From assembly GCA_964437795.1 (NCBI GenBank), contig CAYTIC010000003.1, positions 93,835 to 157,834 on the forward strand: a stretch of DNA of 64,000 nt, in the 5' to 3' direction. The stretch's first letter is position 1. Each line of letters opens with the position of its first letter. The notes under the pieces were generated by a model. It searched no databases. It saw nothing but the letters and a program-made list of their open reading frames with translations, and had not been told where the DNA came from. The DNA is from an uncultured Dehalococcoidales bacterium. GTDB taxonomy: Bacteria > Chloroflexota > Dehalococcoidia > GIF9 > UBA5629. The translations under genes were made by a program, and so were the position numbers. Below are positions 9,544 to 21,305 of this stretch, in pieces.

Positions 9544-9957
9544 TCACCCCTGGCATTTCGAGCACAGCCCGAAAATCGCCAGGTGTCTCACGTCAGCTTT
9601 AAATTTGTGATTTTTCAGCAGCGATGCCGCCAGGGGCAGCAGTTCAGATTCAGGTAATTCAATCGTTGCTCCGCACTTGTTGCAGATGAGATGATGGTGC
9701 TTGCTGTGTTCCCTGGTATGGTAACGGGAGATCCCGTCGCCAATCTCAATTTCTGCGATAAGCCCCAGCTCTTTAAGCAGCTCTAAAGTGCGATAGACCG
9801 TGGATATGTTGGCGTAGGGATATTTCTTTTTTAGCTTGGCAAATATCTCTTCGGCGCTGATATGGCTCTCAACGCTGTGCAGAGCATCTACAACCATAAT
9901 GCGCTGCGGCGTGAGCCGGTATCCTTTTTTCTGTAATGTCTCTATACAACTCATCAA
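9544..9957 (-). CDS. Fur-family metalloregulator (possibly Nur/Zur-like)
   Basis: 137 aa. Winged-helix motifs R.TPQR..V...L and ISTVYRTLELL, the HSKHHHLIC.KCG motif and a C-terminal CSKC. It heads the cbiM operon, 46 nt upstream of cbiM. Confidence 0.85.
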   Translation of the reverse strand: MMSCIETLQKKGYRLTPQRIMVVDALHSVESHISAEEIFAKLKKKYPYANISTVYRTLELLKELGLIAEIEIGDGISRYHTREHSKHHHLICNKCGATIELPESELLPLAASLLKNHKFKADVRHLAIFGLCSKCQG

Positions 9958-9984
9958 CCACCATTATTACAGAAAATAGTGGCA

Positions 9985-10000
9985 CTTGCAACTGGTTGCA
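9985..10000. promoter_or_regulatory. Candidate operator: TTGCAA-N4-TTGCAT (inverted arms TGCAAC/GTTGCA) upstream of the Fur-family gene
   Basis: Read directly at 9985-10000. It lies 28-43 nt upstream of the regulator start and overlaps a TTGCAA -35-like hexamer on the minus strand, which is followed 16 nt later by TAATAA. Confidence 0.35.
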
Positions 10001-10018
10001 TTAAGGACTGTTTGCCGG

Positions 10019-10471
10019 TCAGGACAGTTTATCCTTGCTGTCCAGCATAATGGTGACCGGGCCGTCATTTGTAATACTTACAAGCATATGTGCCCCGAAT
10101 ATGCCGGTTTGAACTTTCAATCCGGTTTCTGAAAGGCGCCCAATGAAATATTTGTACAATGTTTCCGCTACTTCCGGTGGAGCGGCCATGGTGAAGCTGG
10201 GACGGCGTCCCTTCCTCGTATCGGCTAAAAGGGTGAACTGGCTTATTACCAGCAATTCAGCTTTTATTTGCAGTGCAGACAGGTTGAATTTACTATTGTC
10301 ATCACTAAAAATCCTGAGGTTGATGATCTTTTCGGCCAGGTAATCGGCATCCTTCTCGCTATCATCCACCGCCACTCCAAGAAGTATGAGAAAGCCCTGC
10401 CCTATCTGCCCCATTACCTCACTATCTACCGTTACCGATGAAGCTGTTACCCTCTGCAGTAATGCTTTCAA
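10019..10471 (-). CDS. dtd: D-aminoacyl-tRNA deacylase
   Basis: 150 aa. Motifs: MKALLQRV, LLGV...D, SQFTLLADT.KG.RPSF, NDGPVTI.LDS. TTG start with GGAGGG 8 nt upstream. Confidence 0.9.
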   Translation of the reverse strand: MKALLQRVTASSVTVDSEVMGQIGQGFLILLGVAVDDSEKDADYLAEKIINLRIFSDDNSKFNLSALQIKAELLVISQFTLLADTRKGRRPSFTMAAPPEVAETLYKYFIGRLSETGLKVQTGIFGAHMLVSITNDGPVTIMLDSKDKLS

Positions 10472-10612
10472 ATTCTATTTCCCTCCATTACAATCCTCAT
10501 TATTTTAGTAAATACGGTATAGGATAACAAAGAAAAATCCTGCAAATATATGTCGGGACATTACCACCGACATTATATACAGCATTGTATTTCGCATATG
10601 TAGTTTTTGAAA

Positions 10613-10641
10613 TTGACACTACAGGGGTTTGGCGTTAAAAT
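10613..10641 (+). promoter_or_regulatory. Sigma-70-type promoter (TTGACA-17-TAAAAT) for the bifunctional nuclease gene
   Basis: TTGACA at 10613-10618, a 17-nt spacer, and TAAAAT at 10636-10641. A CTGAGCA/TGCTCAG hairpin abuts the AGGAGG ribosome-binding site. Confidence 0.5.
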
Positions 10642-10678
10642 CAATCCTGACTGAGCAACTGTGCTCAGGAGGTTCCCC

Positions 10679-11464
10679 ATGAAAGAGATGCAAATCGATA
10701 GTATACGTGTCAGCCTGATGAATTACCAGCATGTGGTAATACTTAAGGAAAGACAGACAGACCGCTACCTGCCTATCTGGATAGGCCCGGCGGAGGCCGA
10801 CGCCATATCCATGAAGCTGCAGAACGTAGACGTTTCACGTCCCATGACACATGACCTGTTAAAAAACACTTTCTTTGCCCTGAAGTCGCTGTCCGGAACC
10901 AACATATCAAAGATTGTGGTTAATGACCTGCGCTCGGATACTTTTTATGCACAGATCGTCTTTGAATTCAACGAAGGCCCCCCTGTTATTGAACTTGAGG
11001 CAATTTCGGGCCGCAACCGCGTACAGGACCTGGACAGGGACGCCAAATTATCTTTAGTATGGCAGGGCCACGAGTTTAAATCCACTATTGTGAACAGGTG
11101 GCAGGACGGAAATAAACACTTCATGGAAATCGATGGCGGCGAGGGCTGGGTATTTGAGGTGTTCTACGATGAGCACAATAAACGGTGGCTGCTTACCAAG
11201 ATGAAGCTCGATAGCCGACCCAGTGATGCTATCGCTCTGGCTGTCAGGGTTACCGCACCTATTTATGCGGAGGAATCCGTACTCGATAAGGCCGGTATAA
11301 TCCTCGATGGCGAATCCGGCAAGATCACTGCTCAGCCCAGGCAGGGCGGGGACGGCACGTTGAGTACCGAAGGACTTAACGAACAGGAATTGATGAAATA
11401 CCCGGCGATTTACGATTTCATCAATACGCTTGACCTGGACGATTTCGGCAAAAAGAAGTCCTGA
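10679..11464 (+). CDS. Bifunctional nuclease (BFN/DUF151) family protein with a large internal insertion
   Basis: Motifs: LPIWIG..EA.AI, RPMTHDL, D.TFYA, DSRPSDAIALAVR...PI. ATG at 10679 is preceded by AGGAGG. About 65 extra residues lie between the FYA and DSRPSDA motifs. Confidence 0.8.
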   Translation: MKEMQIDSIRVSLMNYQHVVILKERQTDRYLPIWIGPAEADAISMKLQNVDVSRPMTHDLLKNTFFALKSLSGTNISKIVVNDLRSDTFYAQIVFEFNEGPPVIELEAISGRNRVQDLDRDAKLSLVWQGHEFKSTIVNRWQDGNKHFMEIDGGEGWVFEVFYDEHNKRWLLTKMKLDSRPSDAIALAVRVTAPIYAEESVLDKAGIILDGESGKITAQPRQGGDGTLSTEGLNEQELMKYPAIYDFINTLDLDDFGKKKS

Positions 11465-11585
11465 TCATTGAGCGCCTGCAATAAGTTATAACCCGCCGAT
11501 ATTTACTATAGTAATCACTGCCACTTCGTAAAATGCGTAGTTACTAAGGCGTATGCTGTGTTGCCAAAAATCAATGGATTTTCCG

Positions 11586-11615
11586 TTGACGGTTCAAATA
11601 TAGGCTTGTTATAAT
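11586..11615 (+). promoter_or_regulatory. Candidate atp operon promoter (TTGACG-18-TATAAT)
   Basis: Hexamers at 11586-11591 and 11610-11615. The -10 lies only 3 nt before the annotated GTG of the first ORF, so either the promoter or that start codon is mis-assigned. Confidence 0.4.
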
Positions 11616-11618
11616 GCA

Positions 11619-11912
11619 GTGATTAAAAAAGACGGCGAACTGAAACCAGAAAGAAAACAGCTTCTTAGGGGCTTTTGGTTTCTCTTTAATGTCGGTTGGT
11701 ATGTAGCGTTAAGCCTGGTACTGCCAACAGCATTTGGTCTGTGGTTGGATGCTCCAGAGAGATTGAACAGCAGGCCACTATGCGCGTTAATCGGGTTTGT
11801 ACTTGGAACTTCGGCAGCCGGATACGGATTTTACCGAATGCTGCGCCAGTTTATAGACGAGCAAAAGAAAATGGATGCAAAAAAAGAACTCGATAAAGGA
11901 GCAGGACAGTGA
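11619..11912 (+). CDS. AtpZ/AtpI-family small membrane protein
   Basis: 97 aa with two TM helices and the G.WLD motif (FGLWLDAPE). It sits directly upstream of and overlaps atpB. The start codon is uncertain. Confidence 0.65.
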   Translation: MIKKDGELKPERKQLLRGFWFLFNVGWYVALSLVLPTAFGLWLDAPERLNSRPLCALIGFVLGTSAAGYGFYRMLRQFIDEQKKMDAKKELDKGAGQ

Positions 11913-12889
11913 GTAAACTTGGTTGCTCCAGCCGGTTAGTGGTAATTCTTGGCATCGTACTTATCGCACTTTTCCTGGCCTCATTTGTAATGGGGCCCCT
12001 GGGCAGCAAGTTTTTCAACATTCAGGTTCCATCTGAACTCCAGGTAAGCAAACCCCATGTTGTGCTTCCATCGGAAGCAATGTTCCATGTAGGCGATTTC
12101 AAGATCACCAATACCCTCATCTCATCTTGGATCACTATCATTTTGCTCTGCGTGTTATTCTTCTTCGGCACCAGGAAAATGAAGATCATACCGGGCAGGC
12201 TGCAAAGCTTTGCCGAAGTAGTTGTCGACGGCATCTACAATACAATCGAAGGCGTTGCCGGCGCGAAGAACGTCCGCACCTTTTTCCCGCTCGTCACCAC
12301 CATATTTTTATATGTCGTTACAAACGCTCTCCTGGCCTTGGTCCCGCTATGGGGCACATGGGGCCCGATTGAACACATTACTGAAGGTTCAGAGACCTCT
12401 ACTATTATTGTGCCTTTCCTGCGAGCCGCAAATACGGATATCAACCTTACACTTTCCATCGCTCTCGTATCTTTCCTGTTCATCGAATACCTGGGCTTTT
12501 CCAGGATCGGCCCGCTCAAGTATCTGGATTCATTCTTCCAGTTCAGCTCATTGGGCAAGGCCTTCGGTGATCTTTTCAAGGGCAACGGGAAATCTTTCCT
12601 GAGCGGATTCGCATTTGGTTTCATTAATATATATGTCGGGCTACTGGAAGTGCTCAGCCACTTCATCAGAATCGTCAGTTTTACCTTCCGTCTATTTGGC
12701 AATATGACGGCCGGAGAGATCCTGCTTGGCGTAATGACATTCCTGGTAGCCTTCATAGCACCTGTACCATTTTATGGACTGGAAACCCTGGTCGGTTTCC
12801 TGCAGGCTATGATTTTCGCCGGTTTGACACTGGTATTCGGTGTAATGGCAGTAACCTCGCACCATGAAGAGGGTGCTGAACACAATTAA
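11909..12889 (+). CDS. atpB: F0F1 ATP synthase subunit a
   Basis: 326 aa polytopic protein with the conserved FRLFGNMTAGE arginine motif. Confidence 0.95.
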   Translation: MSKLGCSSRLVVILGIVLIALFLASFVMGPLGSKFFNIQVPSELQVSKPHVVLPSEAMFHVGDFKITNTLISSWITIILLCVLFFFGTRKMKIIPGRLQSFAEVVVDGIYNTIEGVAGAKNVRTFFPLVTTIFLYVVTNALLALVPLWGTWGPIEHITEGSETSTIIVPFLRAANTDINLTLSIALVSFLFIEYLGFSRIGPLKYLDSFFQFSSLGKAFGDLFKGNGKSFLSGFAFGFINIYVGLLEVLSHFIRIVSFTFRLFGNMTAGEILLGVMTFLVAFIAPVPFYGLETLVGFLQAMIFAGLTLVFGVMAVTSHHEEGAEHN

Positions 12890-12920
12890 TCTTGTACTTC
12901 AAGTAAAAGGAGGGATCTAA

Positions 12921-13151
<231 letters not shown>

Positions 13152-13262
13152 TATCTGTTATTGATCAAGGAAGGCGCTGATTTCAATCGGGACCTTCCCG
13201 GTGCTGTCAATAAAAGACAGCGCCGTTTCGAGAATAAACAGGATTAGAACTTTGAGGTAAAT

Positions 13263-13763
13263 ATGGAAAGTATCGGAATAAATTGGCAACTGACAGTTGC
13301 ATTTCTGATTAATTTCCTTGTCCTCTTTGGGCTGCTCACGGCGATCCTTTACAAGCCTGTGCTCAAAATGCTGGATGAGCGGGCCGCCAAGATTAAGGAG
13401 AGCCTCGAACAGGCAGAGAAGATAAAGGAGCAGACAAGCCGCAGCGAAGAACAGATCAAGGCGGCGGTAGAAGCTGCACGCAAAGAAGGGCAAGTGATAA
13501 TTGCCCAGGCCTCCCAGATAGCCGAAAAGATCAAGGAAGAGGCCAAAGATGGTGCGCGCAAGGAAGCTGACGTAATCATTACCAAGGCCAGGGATGAAAT
13601 TAAACTCGAACGCGACAAATCCATAGCAGAGCTGCGGTCCGAGTTCTCCAACCTCACCATCCTTGCCGCGGAAAAGATCATTAAAGAGTCACTTGACGCA
13701 GGGAAACACCGCAAGCTTATCAACGAGGTCCTGGACCAGAGCAGTACGTTTAAACAGAATTAG
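13263..13763 (+). CDS. atpF: F0F1 ATP synthase subunit b
   Basis: 166 aa with one N-terminal TM helix followed by a long charged coiled coil. It sits in the canonical operon position. Confidence 0.9.
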   Translation: MESIGINWQLTVAFLINFLVLFGLLTAILYKPVLKMLDERAAKIKESLEQAEKIKEQTSRSEEQIKAAVEAARKEGQVIIAQASQIAEKIKEEAKDGARKEADVIITKARDEIKLERDKSIAELRSEFSNLTILAAEKIIKESLDAGKHRKLINEVLDQSSTFKQN

Positions 13764-13776
13764 GCAGGATAGATAA

Positions 13777-14316
13777 ATGATTTCAACGATTTCTGCCAGG
13801 CGCTACGCTCAAGCGATTTTCCAGATCGCGCAGGCGAAGAACAACCTGGATGAATGGAAAAAGGAGCTCCGCAAGCTCGCTGACCTGATGAAGGACAGGG
13901 AGATTGTGGACCTGATAGAGCATCCCAAAGTTCCATTCAACCTCAAGGCGGAGCTCATCAAGCAGAAGCTTGACACGTCAAACGAGCTTGTTCTTAACCT
14001 GTGCTACCTGCTGATTTTGAAAGGCAGGCTAAAGAACGCGGACCAGATAGCCGATGAATACGATAACCTGCTCGATGAGCAGCGGGGTGTTAAACACGCC
14101 GTAGTCACAACGGCTGTCCCTTTGGACGAAACCGATAAGCAAAAGATAGCCGGCCAACTTGAGAAGATAACCGGCAAGAAAGTTACTGTTAAGCTCAAGG
14201 TCAATCCTTCCATACTTGGCGGCATGGTAGCCCGCATCGAGGATACACTGATAGATGGGAGTATCCGCAACAGACTGGATCTTTTGAGGAAAGACCTTGT
14301 AGAAGCTACGAAATAA
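13777..14316 (+). CDS. atpH: F0F1 ATP synthase subunit delta
   Basis: 179 aa. RYAQAIF N-terminus and a C-terminal ILGG...R.....IDGS....L motif. Confidence 0.9.
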   Translation: MISTISARRYAQAIFQIAQAKNNLDEWKKELRKLADLMKDREIVDLIEHPKVPFNLKAELIKQKLDTSNELVLNLCYLLILKGRLKNADQIADEYDNLLDEQRGVKHAVVTTAVPLDETDKQKIAGQLEKITGKKVTVKLKVNPSILGGMVARIEDTLIDGSIRNRLDLLRKDLVEATK

Positions 14317-14331
14317 ACAACCTTTAAGGGG

Positions 14332-15852
14332 GTGAGCAGATTGAAATCCCAGGAAAAAGATATAGTATCGGTAATCAAGGAGCAAATCGAGCACTTCGGT
14401 GCCACTGCCACCATGGTAGACGTTGGAACCGTGGTGCAGGTCGGCGACGGTGTTGCCCGTATACAGGGCCTTCGCAAAGCCAAAAACAATGAACTGCTGG
14501 CATTCCCCAACGGCATCATGGGACTGGCTCTTAACCTCGAGGAAGATAACGTAGCCGCCGTGATCCTTGGTGAATTCAGTCATATTAAGGAAGGAGATGA
14601 GGTTCACTGCACCGGCCGCGTGGTTGAAGTACCGGTCGGCAACGAGCTCATCGGCCGCGTGGTCAACACCCTGGGCCAACCGCTCGACGGCCTTGGCCCC
14701 ATCAAGACCACCAAGTCCCGGCCTGTCGAACGTATCGCCCCCAACGTTGTAGACAGGCAGCCGGTCAATGTTTCCGTTCATACAGGTATCAAGTGTGTAG
14801 ACGCATTGGTCCCCATCGGCCGCGGGCAGCGTGAGCTGATTATCGGCGACCGCTCTATCGGCAAATCCGCAGTGGCCATCGACAGCATTATCGCTCAAAA
14901 AGGTAAAGACCTTATATGTATTTACGTGGCCATCGGCCAGAAGACAGCCAAGGTTGCCAACATCGTTGAAACACTTAAAAAATACGGCGCTATGGAACAC
15001 ACCGTTGTGGTGGTCGCCACGTCGTCGGACCCGGCTTCAATGCAATACCTGTCCGCGTATGCGGGCTGCGCTATCGGTGAAGAGTTCATGGAGCAGGGCA
15101 AGGACGCCCTCATAATATACGATGACCTCTCCAAGCATGCCTGGGCTTATCGCCAGGTTTCACTTATTCTTCGACGGCCACCCGGACGCGAAGCGTACCC
15201 CGGCGATGTTTTCTACCTGCATAGCAGGCTGCTGGAACGGGCTGCCAAACTCTCCGCAGAGTTGGGCGGAGGCTCGCTTACCGCTCTTCCGGTCATCGAG
15301 ATTCAGGCTGGCGATATGTCAGCTTACATCCCGACCAATGTCATCTCCATCACAGACGGACAGATCCTGCTTGAGACTGACATGTTCAACGCCGGTGTCC
15401 GTCCTGCGCTCAACGTTGGCCTCTCCGTATCTCGTGTGGGCGGCAATGCGCAAACCAAAGCCATGAGGCAGGTAGCCGGCAAACTGAGGCTCGACATGGC
15501 GCAATATGCTGAGCTGGCTACTTTCGCTCAATTCGGCGCTTCAGACCTGGATAAAGCCACTCTGGCGCAGCTCGAACGCGGCAAGCGCATGGTTGAGATA
15601 CTCAAGCAACCGCAATACGCCCCGCTTTCGCTGGAAAATGAGGTCATGATACTGTTTGCGGTCACCAATGGATACATCGATGATGTACCGGTTGAGAAGG
15701 TATCAGCTTTCGAAAACGCGTTCTATAAATTCATGGTCAACAACCACCCGGAAATCGGCAACAAGATTGCCACGGAAAAGATATTAAAACCGGAAATTGA
15801 GGCAGAACTCAAAAAGGCCATAGCAGAATTCAAGCAGAGCTCTGCTTATTGA
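14332..15852 (+). CDS. atpA: F0F1 ATP synthase subunit alpha
   Basis: 506 aa. P-loop [10 protein letters not shown] and full-length alpha-subunit similarity. Confidence 0.97.
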   Translation: MSRLKSQEKDIVSVIKEQIEHFGATATMVDVGTVVQVGDGVARIQGLRKAKNNELLAFPNGIMGLALNLEEDNVAAVILGEFSHIKEGDEVHCTGRVVEVPVGNELIGRVVNTLGQPLDGLGPIKTTKSRPVERIAPNVVDRQPVNVSVHTGIKCVDALVPIGRGQRELIIGDRSIGKSAVAIDSIIAQKGKDLICIYVAIGQKTAKVANIVETLKKYGAMEHTVVVVATSSDPASMQYLSAYAGCAIGEEFMEQGKDALIIYDDLSKHAWAYRQVSLILRRPPGREAYPGDVFYLHSRLLERAAKLSAELGGGSLTALPVIEIQAGDMSAYIPTNVISITDGQILLETDMFNAGVRPALNVGLSVSRVGGNAQTKAMRQVAGKLRLDMAQYAELATFAQFGASDLDKATLAQLERGKRMVEILKQPQYAPLSLENEVMILFAVTNGYIDDVPVEKVSAFENAFYKFMVNNHPEIGNKIATEKILKPEIEAELKKAIAEFKQSSAY

Positions 15853-15861
15853 GGCGATTAG

Positions 15862-18121
<2,260 letters not shown>

Positions 18122-18123
18122 TT

Positions 18124-18567
18124 ATGCCGACTATTAAGTTAGAGATTGTCACTGCCGAGCGCCAGGTCTTTTCGGGCGATGTGACTACCATCATTGCCGA
18201 GGGTAGTGAGGGGCAGTTGACCGTACTTCCAAAGCATGCCCCGCTCATCACCATGCTTGCACCGGGTGAACTGGTCATCAGAAAAGACGGTGACGAGCAA
18301 TATATGGTTATTTCAGGCGGTTTTATGGAAGTCATGCCGGATAAAGTGATCGTGCTGGCTGACGCCTGCGAGAGAAGCGACGAGATCGATCTTGAGCGTG
18401 CCACGGCAGCCAAACAGAGAGCCGAAGAGCGGCTGAAGAGCCTGACTTCCGAGATTGACCAGTCCAGGGCAGAAGCAGCCCTCAGGCGTTCCATCGCCCG
18501 CCTGCGCGTTGCAGAAAAGCGCCGCAGGATGCCGGGCTACAGGCCCAGCGGCCAGAGCGCAGCATAA
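18124..18567 (+). CDS. atpC: F0F1 ATP synthase subunit epsilon
   Basis: 147 aa. An N-terminal beta-sandwich (L.IVT.E......V) followed by a helical tail. It is the last gene of the operon. Confidence 0.93.
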   Translation: MPTIKLEIVTAERQVFSGDVTTIIAEGSEGQLTVLPKHAPLITMLAPGELVIRKDGDEQYMVISGGFMEVMPDKVIVLADACERSDEIDLERATAAKQRAEERLKSLTSEIDQSRAEAALRRSIARLRVAEKRRRMPGYRPSGQSAA

Positions 18568-18580
18568 CAAAAAATAATAT

Positions 18581-18619
18581 AAGCCAATATCGACCGGAAG
18601 ATCGATATTGGCTTTTTTA
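18581..18619. terminator. Bidirectional intrinsic terminator between atpC and the KH-domain gene
   Basis: A 13-bp perfect stem, AAGCCAATATCGA / TCGATATTGGCTT, followed by TTTTTT on the plus strand and preceded by an A-rich run that serves the minus strand. Confidence 0.7.
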
Positions 18620-18632
18620 TTGCCCTTTAATT

Positions 18633-18860
18633 TTAGACTATTTCTAGTCTAACCCTGGTTCCTTCTTTGGTGGCAACCACGCGTAACAGGGTGCGCATGG
18701 CTTCAGCAACCCTTCCCTGCTTGCCGATCACACGGCCCTTGTCCTCGGCATTGACCTCCAGTTTGATGACCACGCCGCCCGCATCAGTCTCCTGCGTCAC
18801 CTTTACATCATCGGGCGCGCTCACGATACACCTGGCAATGTATTCGACTAACTCCTTCAT
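18633..18860 (-). CDS. KH-domain RNA-binding protein (YlqC/UPF0109 family)
   Basis: 75 aa. The GRVIGKQGR GXXG loop, and the position directly after rpsP as in many bacteria. Confidence 0.85.
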   Translation of the reverse strand: MKELVEYIARCIVSAPDDVKVTQETDAGGVVIKLEVNAEDKGRVIGKQGRVAEAMRTLLRVVATKEGTRVRLEIV

Positions 18861-19204
18861 TATGCCTTCACCTCAGTTGTAGATTTAGACTTCTTCTTCA
18901 TCTTCTGAGTAGTCTTCTGTACTGCCTGTTTGAATTTCCTGGTAGGATGCGCCGCGGTAAATTTCGACATTACGCCGACCTTGGTCAGCAGTCTGAAAGC
19001 AGTCTCGGTTGGCTGGGCGCCTTTCTCAAGCCATGCCAGGGCCTTGCCCTCATCGATATTGACAGTCTCGGGATCGGTCAGAGGATTATAGTTCCCTATC
19101 ACTTCAATAAAAGCGCCTTCACGTGGCGACTTGCTTTCCGTCACCACGATTCTGTACATAGGCTTATGCCTGGCGCCCGTTCTTCTTAACCTGATTTTTA
19201 CCAT
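18860..19204 (-). CDS. rpsP: 30S ribosomal protein S16 with a basic C-terminal extension
   Basis: MVKIRLRRTGARHKPMYRIVV N-terminus. Confidence 0.93.
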   Translation of the reverse strand: MVKIRLRRTGARHKPMYRIVVTESKSPREGAFIEVIGNYNPLTDPETVNIDEGKALAWLEKGAQPTETAFRLLTKVGVMSKFTAAHPTRKFKQAVQKTTQKMKKKSKSTTEVKA

Positions 19205-19385
19205 GATATAGTCTACCTGATTTCCTTCATTTTTTAGTGGTAATTATGCATGAACCGTACGTACCTGTCAACAATATCGTATGTTACAGCGGCTATGTGC
19301 ACTCGTATACCGGCACAGGTTCCAACATGAAATCCGGCGGCTAAATGGTTTATAATCCCCCGGTACCTGATCCGGAGGTTTTGTC

Positions 19386-20831
19386 TTGCCCCCTACTGTA
19401 GAGCAGCTTGATTACATATTCAAGCCGAGGTCCATGGCCATCATCGGCGCCTCTGACAATATCGCCAAGTGGGGATATATGATGGTCGAGAGGCCGCTGC
19501 GCACCGGGTACCGGGGCCGTATATATCCGGTTAATCCCCAGGGCGGCACAATACTGGGTCTGCCCTCATATCGCACTGTAAAAGATATACCTGGACCGGT
19601 AGACCTGGCAGTGATAACAGTCCAGGCCAGCCAGGTTCCCCACGTCATGCAGGAATGCGTAGACAAGGGCGTCATGGCAGCCATATTGATTTCTGCCGGC
19701 TTTGCCGAAACAGGCATGGAGGGGAAAGTACTCCAGGAAAAGGTCATGAAAATTTCCTCGGCCGGAGGAATACGCTGCGTAGGCCCCAACTGCATGGGTA
19801 TCTGGAGCGGCGCGGCCGGCCTCAACAACGCTTTTGAACAGGCCCCAAAGCCGGGGCGGATCGCCTTTATCTCTCAGAGCGGCACATTCGGGGGATACAT
19901 GGCCGACATGGCCAGCACCAGGGGCTACGGCCTTCGCGCGTTTGTCAGTATCGGCAACCAGGCCGACCTTACCATGGCAGACTATATCGAATACCTTTCC
20001 CACGATGACGAAACCGCCGTAATCATCCTATACGCGGAAGGTATCAAGGACGGGCGGAGGTTCTTCGAAGTGTGCAGCGAGACACTCAAGAAGAAGCCGA
20101 TAATACTCTACAAGGGCGGCAGCTCTCCGGCGGGCGCCCGTGCGACGATGTCGCATACGGCATCCATTGCGGGCTCAGATCTGGTCTTTCAGAGTGCGTG
20201 CAAACAGCTTGGCCTGATACGGGCGGATGAATCGTTCCATACTTTTGATCTTGCAGTGGCATTCCTCGGCCAGCCCCTGCCGCCCGGCAATAGGGTTGGT
20301 GTGATGGGAACCGGCGGACAGGGCGTTGTATCTGCGGATGCATGCCAGAAATTGGGGCTCGAGGTACCGGAACTCGATAAAGAGACTTCTTCAGTCCTGA
20401 AGAAAATGCTCCCTCCTCACGCGCCACTCCCCAACAACCCCGTCGACTTTGCAGGGAGCTATCGCACCGCCATGGATGAAGCTGATGTAGTGGAAACTTT
20501 GCTGAAACTGGACTACATAGACGGCGTTATCAGCAACGTGCCGATCAATCCGCTGGTATGGGGTTTAAATCTGGGCAAGATGTCTCCGGAGCTCCTTGAT
20601 AATATCAAAAAGCTCACCGATGATGGCACGAAACGTTTCTGCAATTTGCCGCGGATTTACCACAAACCGATTATCTGCGTGCGTTGGTACAGCGATGCTA
20701 AAAAGGATCCTGTGTCGGATATGCTCAAGGAATCAGGCATCCCGGTATACGATACCCCCGAACAGTGCGCCCGGGCTATGGCCGCACTGGCCGATTACTC
20801 CAAACTGCGCCGCTCTCAACAGACCCCCTGA
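19386..20831 (+). CDS. ADP-forming acetyl/acyl-CoA synthetase alpha-like protein (CoA-binding plus ligase-CoA domains)
   Basis: 481 aa. Motifs: FKPRS.AIIGAS, IYPVNP, GPNCMGI, and the phospho-His loop ATMSHTASIAGS. TTG start with GGAGG upstream. There is no adjacent ATP-grasp (beta) gene. Confidence 0.8.
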   Translation: MPPTVEQLDYIFKPRSMAIIGASDNIAKWGYMMVERPLRTGYRGRIYPVNPQGGTILGLPSYRTVKDIPGPVDLAVITVQASQVPHVMQECVDKGVMAAILISAGFAETGMEGKVLQEKVMKISSAGGIRCVGPNCMGIWSGAAGLNNAFEQAPKPGRIAFISQSGTFGGYMADMASTRGYGLRAFVSIGNQADLTMADYIEYLSHDDETAVIILYAEGIKDGRRFFEVCSETLKKKPIILYKGGSSPAGARATMSHTASIAGSDLVFQSACKQLGLIRADESFHTFDLAVAFLGQPLPPGNRVGVMGTGGQGVVSADACQKLGLEVPELDKETSSVLKKMLPPHAPLPNNPVDFAGSYRTAMDEADVVETLLKLDYIDGVISNVPINPLVWGLNLGKMSPELLDNIKKLTDDGTKRFCNLPRIYHKPIICVRWYSDAKKDPVSDMLKESGIPVYDTPEQCARAMAALADYSKLRRSQQTP

Positions 20832-20843
20832 CCGAACGCAGGG

Positions 20844-21305
20844 CTACTTTATTTCAAAAGGAACGGTTAGCTTCTCCGCGCCATTTACAGAGAGGACAAC
20901 TTTATAATTGCCTTTGAACCAGCCCCCCGCCGGTGGGTGCAGGTAAAAGGCCAGATAGTAATCCCCGGCCTGGCCGGTTGTATACATGTCACCGCCGTCC
21001 AGCAGTTCGTTTTCCCTGCCCACAGCCTCGCCTTTAACATAGTACCAGCTGGCCTTGATTAAATCCTCCTGTGTGACTCCAGACACCTTGAACGAGCAAT
21101 AGATAACCGGCGTATCCGGCGCGAAAACCGTGGTGACCGGGCTGGTGGGTTTTGAATTGTCATCCACTGACGTGGTCATTACGCCCTCAGTTATAGAGGA
21201 CTTATCCGGCTGGCTGACACTGGCTGCCGGACCGCAGGCGGCAAAAGCAAATACTAATACTGCTGCTATGACTACACTGCCGATTAAATATCTCATCATC
21301 TTCAT
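20844..21305 (-). CDS. Hypothetical lipoprotein
   Basis: Signal peptide with lipobox FAAC. I chose the start at the ATG preceded by GGGAGAG. I recognise no family for the mature domain. Confidence 0.6.
   Translation of the reverse strand: MKMMRYLIGSVVIAAVLVFAFAACGPAASVSQPDKSSITEGVMTTSVDDNSKPTSPVTTVFAPDTPVIYCSFKVSGVTQEDLIKASWYYVKGEAVGRENELLDGGDMYTTGQAGDYYLAFYLHPPAGGWFKGNYKVVLSVNGAEKLTVPFEIK

Noticed and set aside
14029-15000. 323-aa ORF on the minus strand across atpH/atpA. Similar long antisense ORFs occur at 17279-18046, 18015-18494 and 12235-12756.
   Set aside because: They lie antisense to strongly conserved ATP synthase genes, have no SD or recognisable motifs, and have skewed composition. 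These are typical shadow ORFs of well-conserved genes.
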